64,000 bases of DNA from an uncultured archaeon (GCA_964534625.1 CAZHRF010000007.1:1-64000); one strand, 5' to 3'; numbered from the stretch's first letter, positions 1 through 10,223 are shown. Numbers and translations: made by a program. The notes: generated from the sequence alone by a model not told the origin.

Positions 1-17
1 TTCCGCTTTTATTCGCT

Positions 18-1145
18 CTACTCACCGTTTAAAAAACAGTTTCGTACGGTAGTATATAGCCCACTAAAGGTAAACCCTAGTGCATACGTAATGTTACTTA
101 TGTTAGGATGAGAGAGATGGGTAATGAACTTTCCCACATTGATAAAAAGAATTGGCGAACTCAACATTAAGATACCAAGGAAGATCCAATTAAGAAAATG
201 AGGTTGTTCAATCACAATTGGATACGCATCGATTGTAGATGGAAAGAAAATTTGATTCAAGAGTATAGTGCCCATTAAACCCATTCCAAAACCCCCATTT
301 ACTATGAGTAAATCTCTTTGTGTGGTACGATAATACAAATCAGGACGGAAAATTCCTATTAGTCCAGTAGCTGTTAAAATAATAATTAGACCAATGGTAA
401 TTCCCAAATAACTACCTTCTGCCCATCTAGTTAAGACTATTGTTGTTGATAGCACAAAATATATGATAAAAAACGCACTTAATAAGCCCAATATGGCGAG
501 AATAGGGTGTTGAGAGGAAGATGAAGACGATGCGTCAATCGTTTCTTCCTCTTTTTGAGATGGGTCTCCAGTATGTTCCATCTTGTCTGGTTTTCTTTCA
601 TTTGTTGAATCTTTAAAGAGTGTAATTAAAAGCCACACTTCAATTGCTGCTAGGACCCATGCAATAGTTTGGTATCCTTGATATGTCGAAATATCTATTG
701 AAGAATTCATTACTCTGAATAAAATTGAAGTACTCACTGCAATCAGGAGTCCGATACTTGCTAACAACCCAAAAGTAGATCTTTCTTGTTTCCACTGAAC
801 TCTTAATAGTAATGGTAAAAGAATAAAAAACGCTCCGACACCCACTCCAGAAATAAGCATTCGTCCAAATGTTTCAAACATTGGTTCAAATAACCTTGCG
901 CCTATCATAATCCTATTTATTAAATGAATCATCCAATCATCATTCTTACGATCTAATAGTAAGAAAATTGATGATAAAAAGAGTAGCACTGAAAGGACAT
1001 AAATATTTAGTGAGAGTGTCATTAAAGCAAAGAAATATACTGATTCAATAAAATCAGAGAAGAGTTGAAGAAACATCAACCACAAAATTGCTGTAAAAAT
1101 CACCATACGTAGATTTTTGTTAAGTGAAATATTGGCAAATTTCAT
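18..1145 (-). CDS. Polytopic membrane protein resembling the membrane region of CWH43/PGAP2IP-like EEP-domain proteins; probably 3'-truncated
   Basis: ~10 TM helices; N-terminal FLQLFSDFIESVYFFAL segment resembles prokaryotic membrane+EEP proteins; no EEP domain before the stop at 18. Confidence 0.5.
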   Translation of the reverse strand: MKFANISLNKNLRMVIFTAILWLMFLQLFSDFIESVYFFALMTLSLNIYVLSVLLFLSSIFLLLDRKNDDWMIHLINRIMIGARLFEPMFETFGRMLISGVGVGAFFILLPLLLRVQWKQERSTFGLLASIGLLIAVSTSILFRVMNSSIDISTYQGYQTIAWVLAAIEVWLLITLFKDSTNERKPDKMEHTGDPSQKEEETIDASSSSSSQHPILAILGLLSAFFIIYFVLSTTIVLTRWAEGSYLGITIGLIIILTATGLIGIFRPDLYYRTTQRDLLIVNGGFGMGLMGTILLNQIFFPSTIDAYPIVIEQPHFLNWIFLGILMLSSPILFINVGKFITHLSHPNISNITYALGFTFSGLYTTVRNCFLNGE

Positions 1146-1247
1146 TAACTATTTAATGTAAAAAGGATGTATTTAAGATTTCACTTTTCTTTTTACCAAT
1201 GTATTTGTGATTAACGCGTCGATTATTAAGAAAATACTAATATTCAA

Positions 1248-1278
1248 AAATTCTTGTTCTTAAATTCTTGTTCTTAAA
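1248..1278. repeat. 14-bp tandem duplication (aaattcttgttctt x2) in a divergent intergenic region
   Basis: Exact copies at 1248-1261 and 1262-1275. Confidence 0.85.
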
Positions 1279-1435
1279 AAATAGTACTTTCGAATTAAAA
1301 TAAAGATTAAAGACTTTGTCAATTTAAAACGAATCTTTGCTTTATTTGGTTACTGAAAGAATAGCAGTAGAACACTATTTCGGAAGTACTAAAAAATAAA
1401 TAATCTTTAAATACTGTCTTCTTGAATCGGATTAC

Positions 1436-2926
1436 ATGTCAGATGAATCTTATAATAGAGAATCTCAAGAATTTCACCCCCGAATGTCTCCGAATACGCC
1501 TGGCAAACTTAAGTATGGCCGTACCCTTCTCATAGGGTTTGCTTTTATGGCGAGTGTAATTTTTTGGGATTACTACAACTTTGTTATGCCTCTCATCCTA
1601 AAAGACCACTTTAGGATAATGGGTGTTGATCTTGGTATTGACACTTTGGTTGGTTCTGTTATGGTATTGGATAATATTCTTGCAATAATTGCGACTCCAT
1701 TTTTTTCTGACTTGTCAGATCGGACCAAGTCAAAATTTGGAAGGCGAACTCCATATATCATCATTGGTGCCTCCTCTTCAACAATAGCTTTTTCAGTTAT
1801 TGGATTTATTTCACGTTCAAAAACTGTTGCAGCATTTATTGGCTTGATATCCGTTATTTTCTGGTTTAATATTTCTATGGCTTTATATAGAGGTTGTAGT
1901 GTATCATTAATGCCTGATTTAACTGATCCTGAAGTACGATCAACAGGTAACGCCATTATCAATCTGATGGGTGCAGTCTCAATGATTATTGGACTGGCTG
2001 TTAGACCTCTCTCAGGCTTGTTCTTTGACACAAGTACTGTACAAGGGTTAGATGGAGCTCGTGCATTAGGGTTCTACATTTTAAGTGTTATAGCTTGTCT
2101 TGTACTTATTTTGTTAGTAACAACTGTTAAAGAAACTCCTACTGGTCGCAACTTTTTAGAAATTGGAGATAAAGCGATTAATATTGATCCAATAACTCTT
2201 GAATATCAAGGAGAAAAACAAGATATACTAGAAAAAGAGTCCATCATGGATGTTATTAAAGAAATTTTTATATCAGAAGATAAAAGCACTCTTTTCATGT
2301 TATTAGTGATATTCTCGTGGTTCTTTGGTTTTAATGCTATAAGAACTTTCTATAGCCTTTTTGCCACTAACACGCTAGGATTAACTGAAGAAAGTGCTAG
2401 TTTAGCTCTTATGATAACTCCAGTTACCATGATCTTATTTGCACTCTTTGCAGGAAAATTAGCAGAAACTTTTGGACGAAAAAAGGTAATATTCGCTGGG
2501 TTGATAGGACTTACAAGCGCATTGATTATTATGCCATTCCTACGAACATTTTTATGGGTTCTCATCTTATTCGCATTTGTTGGTATTTTCTATGGTTGCA
2601 TTAATATCAACACCATTGTCATCGTCTGGGAAAAAGCCCCTAAAGGAAAAATAGGTGCTTTTACAGGAGCTTATTATTTCTTTAGCCAACTATCTGATAC
2701 ACTAAGCCCAGTATTCGCTGGGGGAATGTTTGATATCTATAGATGGATCACAAAAGTACCCGAAGGCGAACAATACGCAACCATATTTGTGTATGCAATC
2801 ATTTTTGAGCTGTTAGCAATGGTATTCCTGTCTCAAGTAAAAGGTGGAGAAGCACCAAGCTTTAAAGAAGGAAAGGAAGAGGGGGAAGATGATAAAGAAC
2901 TCGGTACTATGAAAAAGCTTAGGTAG
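1436..2926 (+). CDS. MFS transporter, GPH/SLC45-like sugar symporter
   Basis: 12 TM; SDRTKSKFGRRTPY motif A and GKLAETFGRKK in the second half. Confidence 0.85.
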   Translation: MSDESYNRESQEFHPRMSPNTPGKLKYGRTLLIGFAFMASVIFWDYYNFVMPLILKDHFRIMGVDLGIDTLVGSVMVLDNILAIIATPFFSDLSDRTKSKFGRRTPYIIIGASSSTIAFSVIGFISRSKTVAAFIGLISVIFWFNISMALYRGCSVSLMPDLTDPEVRSTGNAIINLMGAVSMIIGLAVRPLSGLFFDTSTVQGLDGARALGFYILSVIACLVLILLVTTVKETPTGRNFLEIGDKAINIDPITLEYQGEKQDILEKESIMDVIKEIFISEDKSTLFMLLVIFSWFFGFNAIRTFYSLFATNTLGLTEESASLALMITPVTMILFALFAGKLAETFGRKKVIFAGLIGLTSALIIMPFLRTFLWVLILFAFVGIFYGCININTIVIVWEKAPKGKIGAFTGAYYFFSQLSDTLSPVFAGGMFDIYRWITKVPEGEQYATIFVYAIIFELLAMVFLSQVKGGEAPSFKEGKEEGEDDKELGTMKKLR

Positions 2927-3304
2927 TGCATATATCCTATTTTTCCTTTTTTGTTTCAAAATTATCCCTTTTTTAATAAATTCAAATAAATGAAATAGAA
3001 AACCCACTTTATTTCTCTTAACTGCCTTAAAAACAAGTTAAATAGAGAAATCTTCATATGGTACTATACTAGTACTTATTATACTTGATAATAATAGGAG
3101 GTATGCTTACTCTAAAGTATTCTGATAAAAATAAAAGAGGAGAATACACAAACTAACAATTAATAACGTAATGGCAGTGTGAATATATTACTTGAATAAA
3201 TAATACATAGTGAAAAAGGATAGATTTTAATAGAGTGGGGTATTTTTGCACCTTCTACCGCCTTTTTAGGTAACTATTTAAGAGATGTTACCATTGTATA
3301 TTTT

Positions 3305-5203
3305 ATGGAAATCCTTATTGTAGATGATGAACCAGATTTTCTATTTTTAACTAAAAAATTCATTGAGGATCAAAATAAGGATTTTAATGTGCATACTGTT
3401 GAAAGCGCTAAAAAGGCTTTACAATTACTAGAAGAACACAAGTTTGATATTATTATTTCTGACTATCAGATGCCCAAAATAGATGGTTTAAGTTTCTTAC
3501 AAACACTCAGAGAAGAAAAGAATTTAGATATACCATTCATCATATTTACGGGGAAAGGGGCGGAAGAAGTAGCTATTCAAGCACTTAATCTTAAAGCAAA
3601 CAGGTACATCCAAAAAGGAGGAGACATAAAGACGCAATATGGTCTTCTTGTTGATGCAATTATACGTGAAGTAGATCATTATCAAGCTGAAAAAAAAATA
3701 GAAGAAAGTGAAAAAAGACTAAGGGAGAGTGAAGAAGTTTTACGTATAGTCCTTGAAAACTTATCACACGGGGTTTTTCTTCATGATCTTCAAGGAAATT
3801 TTGTATTAGTAAATAAAGTTGCAGCAGAAAGAACCCAGTACACAAAAAAAGAACTGCTTAAGATGAAAGTTGGAGAGATAGATGCTGGCGATATGTCTGA
3901 ATCAGAGCGAGAAAGAATGTGGGAAAAATTGAAACATGGAAAAGTAATTAATTTTCGTTCTTATCATAAACGCAAAGACGGAACCGTTTATCCAACAGAA
4001 GTGTATCTAAATGCTATAAGAATAAAAAAGAAACCATTGATTCTCGCAATTACCCACGATATTACACAAAGAGTACAACAGGAGCAAATCCTAAAAGAAA
4101 ATGAAAAAAGGTGTAGCGATTTAGCGGATTTGTTACCTTCAATGGTACTTGAAACAGATAATAATTTGAGAATTGTCTATGCGAATAAAATGTTTTTTGA
4201 GAAAATGGGTTACAGCAAAGAAGATCTGCTTAAAGGACTGACTATCTCTGATTTAATGGTGGAAGAAGAAAACTTAAAGATAAAAGAAAACCTCCTAAAA
4301 GGAACTAATGAGGATAATAAAAAAGCATTAGAATACACTTGCAGAACAATAGAAGGAAAAGCTTTCCCAGTTTTAGTTCATTTAACAGATATCAAGCAAA
4401 ATGAACAGATAATAGGTAAAAGGGGGATTATAATTGATATTAGTGAATTGAAAGGAGTAGAAAAACAAAAAGAGTTCTTAAATGCGTTCATCAATCATGA
4501 TATAAAGAACAAAAGCATAATTATTCAAGGATATATAGATTTGGTAGTAGAGAAGATTAATAGTCTTTGTAATATAATGGATGGATACATGCAAGAAGGT
4601 GAGTATGACCAGGGAGAAGAAAGAAAAAAGAAATTACTTAAAACTACATCAAAAGACATTCAGGGCTATTTAGAGCAAATATATTCTGTGAACACACTCA
4701 ATCTAGAATTAACCAACAAATTAAACACTATTGGTAAGGTAGAACATGAGATACTTACAACTATAGATCTTAAAAAGGTAGTAATAGAGATAGAACAGAT
4801 GTATAAAGAAATATTGGAAGAAAAAGGGATTAAACTAATCTTAGATCTTCCAAAAACAAAGTGCACTGTAAGAGCAGGAGAGTTTTTAAAAGAGGTCCTA
4901 TCAAATTTAGTAGAAAATGCAATAAAACACGCTAATTGTACAAAGATAAAAATAAAAATAGTGGAAAAGAATCAAGAAGGAGTTGTTACTTGTATCATTG
5001 AAGACAACGGGATAGGAATCCCTGTTGAAAAAAGAGAAAGAGTATTTGAAACAATATTAAACAAGAGAGGGAGAGAAGGAGGATATGGATTATTTCTAGT
5101 GCGAGAGATTGTACAAACATACGGAGGAAAAATAATTCTAAAAGAATCAAAATCTCTAGGGGGAGCTAGGGTAGAAATAATTCTGAAAATAAAAAAAGAA
5201 TGA
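3305..5203 (+). CDS. Hybrid sensor: receiver + 2 PAS + histidine kinase
   Basis: ILIVDDE...SDYQMP...FTGKG receiver; two PAS repeats; H-box NHDIKN, N-box NLVENAIKH, DNGIG, GYGL. Confidence 0.92.
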   Translation: MEILIVDDEPDFLFLTKKFIEDQNKDFNVHTVESAKKALQLLEEHKFDIIISDYQMPKIDGLSFLQTLREEKNLDIPFIIFTGKGAEEVAIQALNLKANRYIQKGGDIKTQYGLLVDAIIREVDHYQAEKKIEESEKRLRESEEVLRIVLENLSHGVFLHDLQGNFVLVNKVAAERTQYTKKELLKMKVGEIDAGDMSESERERMWEKLKHGKVINFRSYHKRKDGTVYPTEVYLNAIRIKKKPLILAITHDITQRVQQEQILKENEKRCSDLADLLPSMVLETDNNLRIVYANKMFFEKMGYSKEDLLKGLTISDLMVEEENLKIKENLLKGTNEDNKKALEYTCRTIEGKAFPVLVHLTDIKQNEQIIGKRGIIIDISELKGVEKQKEFLNAFINHDIKNKSIIIQGYIDLVVEKINSLCNIMDGYMQEGEYDQGEERKKKLLKTTSKDIQGYLEQIYSVNTLNLELTNKLNTIGKVEHEILTTIDLKKVVIEIEQMYKEILEEKGIKLILDLPKTKCTVRAGEFLKEVLSNLVENAIKHANCTKIKIKIVEKNQEGVVTCIIEDNGIGIPVEKRERVFETILNKRGREGGYGLFLVREIVQTYGGKIILKESKSLGGARVEIILKIKKE

Positions 5204-5322
5204 ACATGATAAATCATCATTTGTGTTTTTACATAAGCTAAGTGTTGTTTTATGCTGTTTTACATTAACTCTCTATTGCTTATTTAACAAGGTATATAAG
5301 CAATCAATGAACTAATAAGTGT

Positions 5323-6774
5323 ATGCAAAAGACTGCTTCCATTGTAGTACTTATTTTAGGTGTTGCTTCTGGGGTAGTCTCACTATTTATAAAGAGTTCT
5401 CAGATATTTTATTTTAGTACAAGTTTTTTTATCATTTTTTCTATAATAGCAATTATATTTTCTTGTTATCATATTAGAAATGATTCAAGAGAAAAACAGA
5501 GAATAATTATGGGAATAACAGCTTATTTTGGAATTATTAGTCTGTCAATGGTAAGCAGTTTAATATTAGTAATAACAGGTTATGCAGAAAGGTATCCTGG
5601 TGTTTTTATAAACATTTACTCGTATTCATTAGCTCTGTCAGGCATACCATTGATCTATGTGTTATCGAAATTAATTTTGAGGGATATTAAACGAATTCAC
5701 AGAAAACAACTGGCAATGGTGGTATTTTTGACAATGCTTACACTGCTATTGAATGTGCCTTTTTTGACAACACTAGTGGATGCAATAAGGAGATCTACAT
5801 ATGGTAAAGAAACAATAGTCATTATTAGCGTGTTTATCTTTGTTGATATCATACTTTTATTTTTGTCCTTTTTACTTGCAGTACTTTATTTAGATCTTGA
5901 ATATGGTTATTATGGATTATTCTTAGTGGGTAGCTCTTTATTGTCAATACTAGCTGATTTGTCGGGTTCATTCCTTTTCTTTCAGGAAAGACCCAATATA
6001 CCCTTTATTCACCTTTGGACGTTATTCCAAATATTACAGATGACAGCATTATTAACGGGAACATTGTTATTGAAACAAAAAAGCTTTGTATTGAGAAATG
6101 TCAATTCAATAGAAAAAGAAAGAAAATATTACAAGAAACACTTTGAAGATCTGCAAATAATGTCTAAACAACTCTTTTTTTTGACGAATATCATTCACCA
6201 AGAATTAAATAATGATTTATTGGTAATACAATCAGCTCTTAAAACATATAAAGAACAGCAATCAGAAAAGTATCTGAAACTTCTAGAAACAAGAATAGAC
6301 AAAGTCTATAAAAGAATCATAGGGAGAGAAAATGCCTTTAGAGAATATGATAACCTGAGTTTAGAAAAGATTGATCTGTGTGAAGTGTTGAAAGAACTCA
6401 TGTTGGTTGAACCACGATTAAAAGTAGAATTAGAAGGCAGAGAAGTACTAATAAAAGCAAATAGATTGATTTATTCGGTATTCCATTCAATTCTGTCAAT
6501 GAGGAAACTATGGGGAAAGGAAAATGAAGAATTGCTAGTGAAAATAGAAGAAGATGAAAAGAAAAAAACGACCAGTATGAAAATGATTGAAAAAGGAGCA
6601 AATTATAGGATTGAACAATTGTTCCCTATGTCTATTACAGAAGAAACCCCCTATGCTGATGAAAAACAGAATTTGTTTGTATCAGAATTAATTATAGATA
6701 CATGGGGCGGATCGTTTGGGATTGAAGAAAATGAGTTTAATGGAATAACATTTTGTATCAATTTTCAACAATGA
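5323..6774 (+). CDS. Membrane sensor with degenerate histidine-kinase module
   Basis: ~8 TM N-terminus; IIHQELNNDL H-box-like segment; HATPase-like C-terminus (WGGSFGIE...GITFCINF) lacking N/G1/G2 boxes. Confidence 0.6.
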   Translation: MQKTASIVVLILGVASGVVSLFIKSSQIFYFSTSFFIIFSIIAIIFSCYHIRNDSREKQRIIMGITAYFGIISLSMVSSLILVITGYAERYPGVFINIYSYSLALSGIPLIYVLSKLILRDIKRIHRKQLAMVVFLTMLTLLLNVPFLTTLVDAIRRSTYGKETIVIISVFIFVDIILLFLSFLLAVLYLDLEYGYYGLFLVGSSLLSILADLSGSFLFFQERPNIPFIHLWTLFQILQMTALLTGTLLLKQKSFVLRNVNSIEKERKYYKKHFEDLQIMSKQLFFLTNIIHQELNNDLLVIQSALKTYKEQQSEKYLKLLETRIDKVYKRIIGRENAFREYDNLSLEKIDLCEVLKELMLVEPRLKVELEGREVLIKANRLIYSVFHSILSMRKLWGKENEELLVKIEEDEKKKTTSMKMIEKGANYRIEQLFPMSITEETPYADEKQNLFVSELIIDTWGGSFGIEENEFNGITFCINFQQ

Positions 6775-6873
6775 GTAACAATTAAACTATTGCTTTAAAT
6801 GGTAACTGAATGCATATAAAGACAGAACCATAGAAGAAGAAAAGAAAAAGTTTATCCCAAATCTTAATATGGT

Positions 6874-6920
6874 ATGAACTACCACCCTAAAGGAGTGGGT
6901 TTTTTGGCTAGATGGGTAAA
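6874..6920 (-). mobile_element. Solo IS200/IS605-type hairpin mini-element (PATE/REP-like)
   Basis: Minus strand tttac-ccatctagccaaaaaacccactcctttagggtggtagttcat; the 3' half nearly matches the tnpB element right end at 62111-62143. Confidence 0.75.
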
Positions 6921-7036
6921 GCGATAGTTCATTTTTGGTCAAAGTAAAACTATAAATGGAGAAAAAAGAGGTTTTAATTTGAAAAGAATACCCTCTGTTG
7001 GTTGTTAGTAAAATATAGGGAATTGGCGGCGGTAAG

Positions 7037-8236
7037 ATGGATAATATAGAAAATGGACAAACTTTGAATGATATGCTGATCAATAGTACGAAAATAATCT
7101 ATGAAAGAAAAAAAGAAGTAGAAGAAGTAGATGTACCAGAAAACGTTTTAGACACATGGCAAAAAATGTTAAACATTATAGCGGATATTTTCAATATCCC
7201 TTCCGCATTAATAATGAAGGTGAAACCTCCACATATTGAGGTGCTACTAGCAAGTGAAACAGAAAATAATCCCTACCATGTAGAAGAAAAAGAGCATCTC
7301 GCAGGATTATATTGTAATACAGTTATGGTAAAAGGAGAAAAGTTGCTTGTGCCAAATGCCCGAAAAACAGAGGCATGGAAAAATAACCCGGATATTAAAC
7401 TAGGAATGGTGTCATATCTAGGCTATCCCCTGAAACTACCAAACGGAGAAATGTTTGGCACAATCTGTGTGTTAGATGATAAAACTAATTATTACTCGAA
7501 AGAATTTGAAGAGATACTGGCAAACTTCAAAACAGTAGTAGAAGATTATATCAAATTAGTCTATAAAGAAGAGCAACTGGCAATAGAAGTGGAAAAAAGG
7601 AGAGAATTGCAAAGGATAATAGAAGAACAGCGAGATTTCCAAATACTGCTAAATACAATGTTGAAACATGATATGAAAAATAAGATTAGTGTGTTAAATG
7701 GATTAATACAAATGGTAGAAATAGAAAAGAAAGATGAAAATATACATGAAAGAATGGTATCAACAATAGAAAATGTGTTTAATCTACTTGAACAAGCATG
7801 GAGTTTGCATGATCTGGCAATGGACTATGGAGAAGAATATTGGCTAACAGCAGAGAAAATAAGAGAAATAATCAAACCATATGGAGTAGAAGCAGAGATA
7901 CGTGGGGACTTTCCTATACGAATGACCAAAGCTATTACAATTATTCTAGCTAATTTGATAGATAATGCTGTAGAACATGGAAAAACCGATAAAATAACCA
8001 TAGAAAGTGAATTAAAGAAAGAAGAAGTAGTACTAACTTTTATAGACTATGGAAAAGGAATCCCCCCTATAGTTAGAACGAAAATATTCGATAAGGGATA
8101 TGTCTATGGTGATACAGGAAAAACAGGGTTGGGATTGTACATAGTGAAAACAATTGTCAACCAAATAGGGGGAGAAATAGAGTTGCTGAATAATGAACCA
8201 AAAGGAACGAAAGTAGTACTCAGACTACCAAAATAA
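7037..8236 (+). CDS. GAF-domain sensor histidine kinase
   Basis: GAF (GLYC...YLGYPL...FGTICVLD); KHDMKN H-box; NLIDNAVEHG, DYGKG, GTGLGL-type G2. Confidence 0.9.
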   Translation: MDNIENGQTLNDMLINSTKIIYERKKEVEEVDVPENVLDTWQKMLNIIADIFNIPSALIMKVKPPHIEVLLASETENNPYHVEEKEHLAGLYCNTVMVKGEKLLVPNARKTEAWKNNPDIKLGMVSYLGYPLKLPNGEMFGTICVLDDKTNYYSKEFEEILANFKTVVEDYIKLVYKEEQLAIEVEKRRELQRIIEEQRDFQILLNTMLKHDMKNKISVLNGLIQMVEIEKKDENIHERMVSTIENVFNLLEQAWSLHDLAMDYGEEYWLTAEKIREIIKPYGVEAEIRGDFPIRMTKAITIILANLIDNAVEHGKTDKITIESELKKEEVVLTFIDYGKGIPPIVRTKIFDKGYVYGDTGKTGLGLYIVKTIVNQIGGEIELLNNEPKGTKVVLRLPK

Positions 8237-8419
8237 AAATAATCCTTATTTGAAGACTAATAAGAATAGTTTAATACGGGCATTTTTATTCTTAACTGAA
8301 TTGAGAAAAAAATCAAATATTTTTAAAACTGACACTACAAACTATATGATAATTTTAATTTCCCTAAAAATAAACTTATGTTGATTAATATTTAAATAAA
8401 TAACTTCATTTTCAATGGA

Positions 8420-9817
8420 TTAAAACATTAATTTTGGCTTTTTTTTCAAAGATATAAAGTCACAAATTTCATTTTCTGTCAAAGATTTTGATGGATCCCA
8501 ATACAAAATATTATGCTTTTCCAGAAAATTCTTTTTTTCTTCCTTATTTTTTAGTTTAAAATAGTTTTTTGTGGTATTTAAACCAAGGCTTTTTCTTTCA
8601 AATTCTCGTGCATAATAGTCGAATCCCATTCTAACGCATATATTATGTCGTCTAACATTTCTTCTAAATTGTTTAATCAATATATCTGACCATTTTTCAT
8701 GGATAAAATAATCATCATTTGTTTGTTCATAATTTCTTGGATTATATTTATCAAATTTTTGATCCAATGGACGGAATCTACAATCTGAAATTTGAACTTG
8801 CCATTCAAAGCATTTTGCTCTTTTTTTTTCCATTTCATCAAAAGGTATATCCCAATTATATAACATAAACAATTCCAAATCTTTCGAATTATATCCTGCA
8901 TTTACTAAAATATCTAATTGTTTTTTAATTTCATCTTTTTTCTCATATCCCCAATCCCAGGCTATTCTAACATTTCTGAAACTTGCCTTTTTTAATTTAT
9001 TAGCAAGTTCTGGATCACTCATTAATATCCTTCCATCGAATCCACTTTGAGATTCACACCAAAGTATTTCTCTTTTTTTCTTTAATCTAATCAATTCATC
9101 TAATATATTATGTACATTTTTATTTTTGAAGAAATTATTATCATAAAACACAATTTTTCTTTTGAAGATCTCTTCTTTTATTGAAGGTTTTGATGTTTCT
9201 TTTGGCTCTATTCGCCATGTACCACAAAAAGGACAACTTCTAAAACATCCCCTTTGTGCATGTAATATTTGAAAATCAACATCTGAAATATATTTATCGT
9301 AAATTTTCTCCATTCTTTTTCCTTTTACACTTTCTGCTTCTGGATATGTTCCCTTATGAACTTCATCACATTTAGTTAGTTTTTTTGTTTCTTCTACACC
9401 AAACAAACTAGCTGCAATACCACCTACTACCGTCTTTGTATTCGGAAACAAAGTTTTGTAATGTTCTACACTTTTTTTGACATCATTAATCCAGTATGTG
9501 AATAGTGATGTTATCCAGACTTCATCTGGTTCGAATAGCCAATATTCTTGATTGGAAATAAGGTCAAATGAATAGTTCATTTGGATAATATTTGAACACG
9601 TTTTATGATTCATTATAGGGGTTATAGATGAATAAATAGGGGTTATAAAACTGGTAATAGGCTTATTACCTCTTACTAATTTAAACCTATTTCCTTTGTC
9701 TTCTAATACTGCTGCTATTTTTAGTAATCCAATTGGTAAAAAATCTTTGTGATTCTTACTTTTTGTAGGCAAAGGAAAATCTGGTTCCACCAACAAATAT
9801 TTTTTACTTTCCATCAT
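8420..9817 (-). CDS. Cobalamin-binding-like domain + radical SAM protein (paralog 1)
   Basis: PIGLLKIA...WITSLFTYW...VVGGIAAS N-terminal domain; RGCFRSCPFC CxxxCxxC; FYDNN. Confidence 0.85.
   Translation of the reverse strand: MMESKKYLLVEPDFPLPTKSKNHKDFLPIGLLKIAAVLEDKGNRFKLVRGNKPITSFITPIYSSITPIMNHKTCSNIIQMNYSFDLISNQEYWLFEPDEVWITSLFTYWINDVKKSVEHYKTLFPNTKTVVGGIAASLFGVEETKKLTKCDEVHKGTYPEAESVKGKRMEKIYDKYISDVDFQILHAQRGCFRSCPFCGTWRIEPKETSKPSIKEEIFKRKIVFYDNNFFKNKNVHNILDELIRLKKKREILWCESQSGFDGRILMSDPELANKLKKASFRNVRIAWDWGYEKKDEIKKQLDILVNAGYNSKDLELFMLYNWDIPFDEMEKKRAKCFEWQVQISDCRFRPLDQKFDKYNPRNYEQTNDDYFIHEKWSDILIKQFRRNVRRHNICVRMGFDYYAREFERKSLGLNTTKNYFKLKNKEEKKNFLEKHNILYWDPSKSLTENEICDFISLKKKPKLMF
9615..9647. 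repeat. 12-bp direct repeat (ataggggttata x2, 21-nt period) in the variable loop of radical SAM paralog 1
   Basis: Copies at 9615-9626 and 9636-9647, encoding ITPI...ITPI. Confidence 0.8.
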
Positions 9818-9879
9818 AAACTGGTCTATCCTTGTATATATTAGTATTTACTGATCATGTTTAAATTTTACGATCCAAC

Positions 9880-10097
9880 TAGTCTTTGCTGGGATTTTCC
9901 CTTTCACCTGGCCCCGCGCTATTCGCTTGCCTTTGAGTCTTGTTCGTTCCTGACTATCCTTCGTTGGCCTCTCAAGACCTTCAGGCTATCGCTTTAGTGT
10001 CGTGCCCAGATGTGAGTTCGTACTAAAACTCATACGTTGAGGTAGAATTATTCCGACAAAAACCTTTTGGTCGGTTTCTCCCCAACGTACCCTCGCA
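9880..10097 (-). ncRNA. Candidate structured non-coding RNA or leader, family unidentified
   Basis: ~49% GC (hand count 106/215) in much more AT-rich flanks; at least 4 hairpins; two A-C mismatches on + become G-U on -; BRE/TATA upstream on -. Confidence 0.6.
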
Positions 10098-10123
10098 TTT
10101 TTAAATAAGACGAAAGTCACTTA

Positions 10124-10140
10124 GATATATACCGTTTTTA
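10124..10140 (-). promoter_or_regulatory. Putative BRE+TATA promoter for the structured element / radical SAM 1
   Basis: Minus strand taaaaacgg-tatatatc about 27-30 nt before the GC-rich block starts. Confidence 0.45.
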
Positions 10141-10223
10141 CTAACAATAATTTTAAATATGAATCTATTAGTTATATATTAAACACTTGTATGGTATAAT
10201 AATGGGTTTAATGGGGTTTTTCA

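Noticed and set aside
5222-5266. Short tgtttt(t)acat repeats upstream of the membrane sensor as operator sites
   Set aside because: Low-complexity AT-rich sequence, not distinguishable from chance
9880-10097. Cobalamin riboswitch, SRP RNA, RNase P RNA or group I/II intron identity for the GC-rich element
   Set aside because: Only fragments resemble them (GGTGAAAGGGAA; GCCAGG...AGCA; GACTA/TAGTC in reversed order; gtgcccagat). The B12 box, SRP helix-8 spacing, RNase P P4 and intron domain V are absent.
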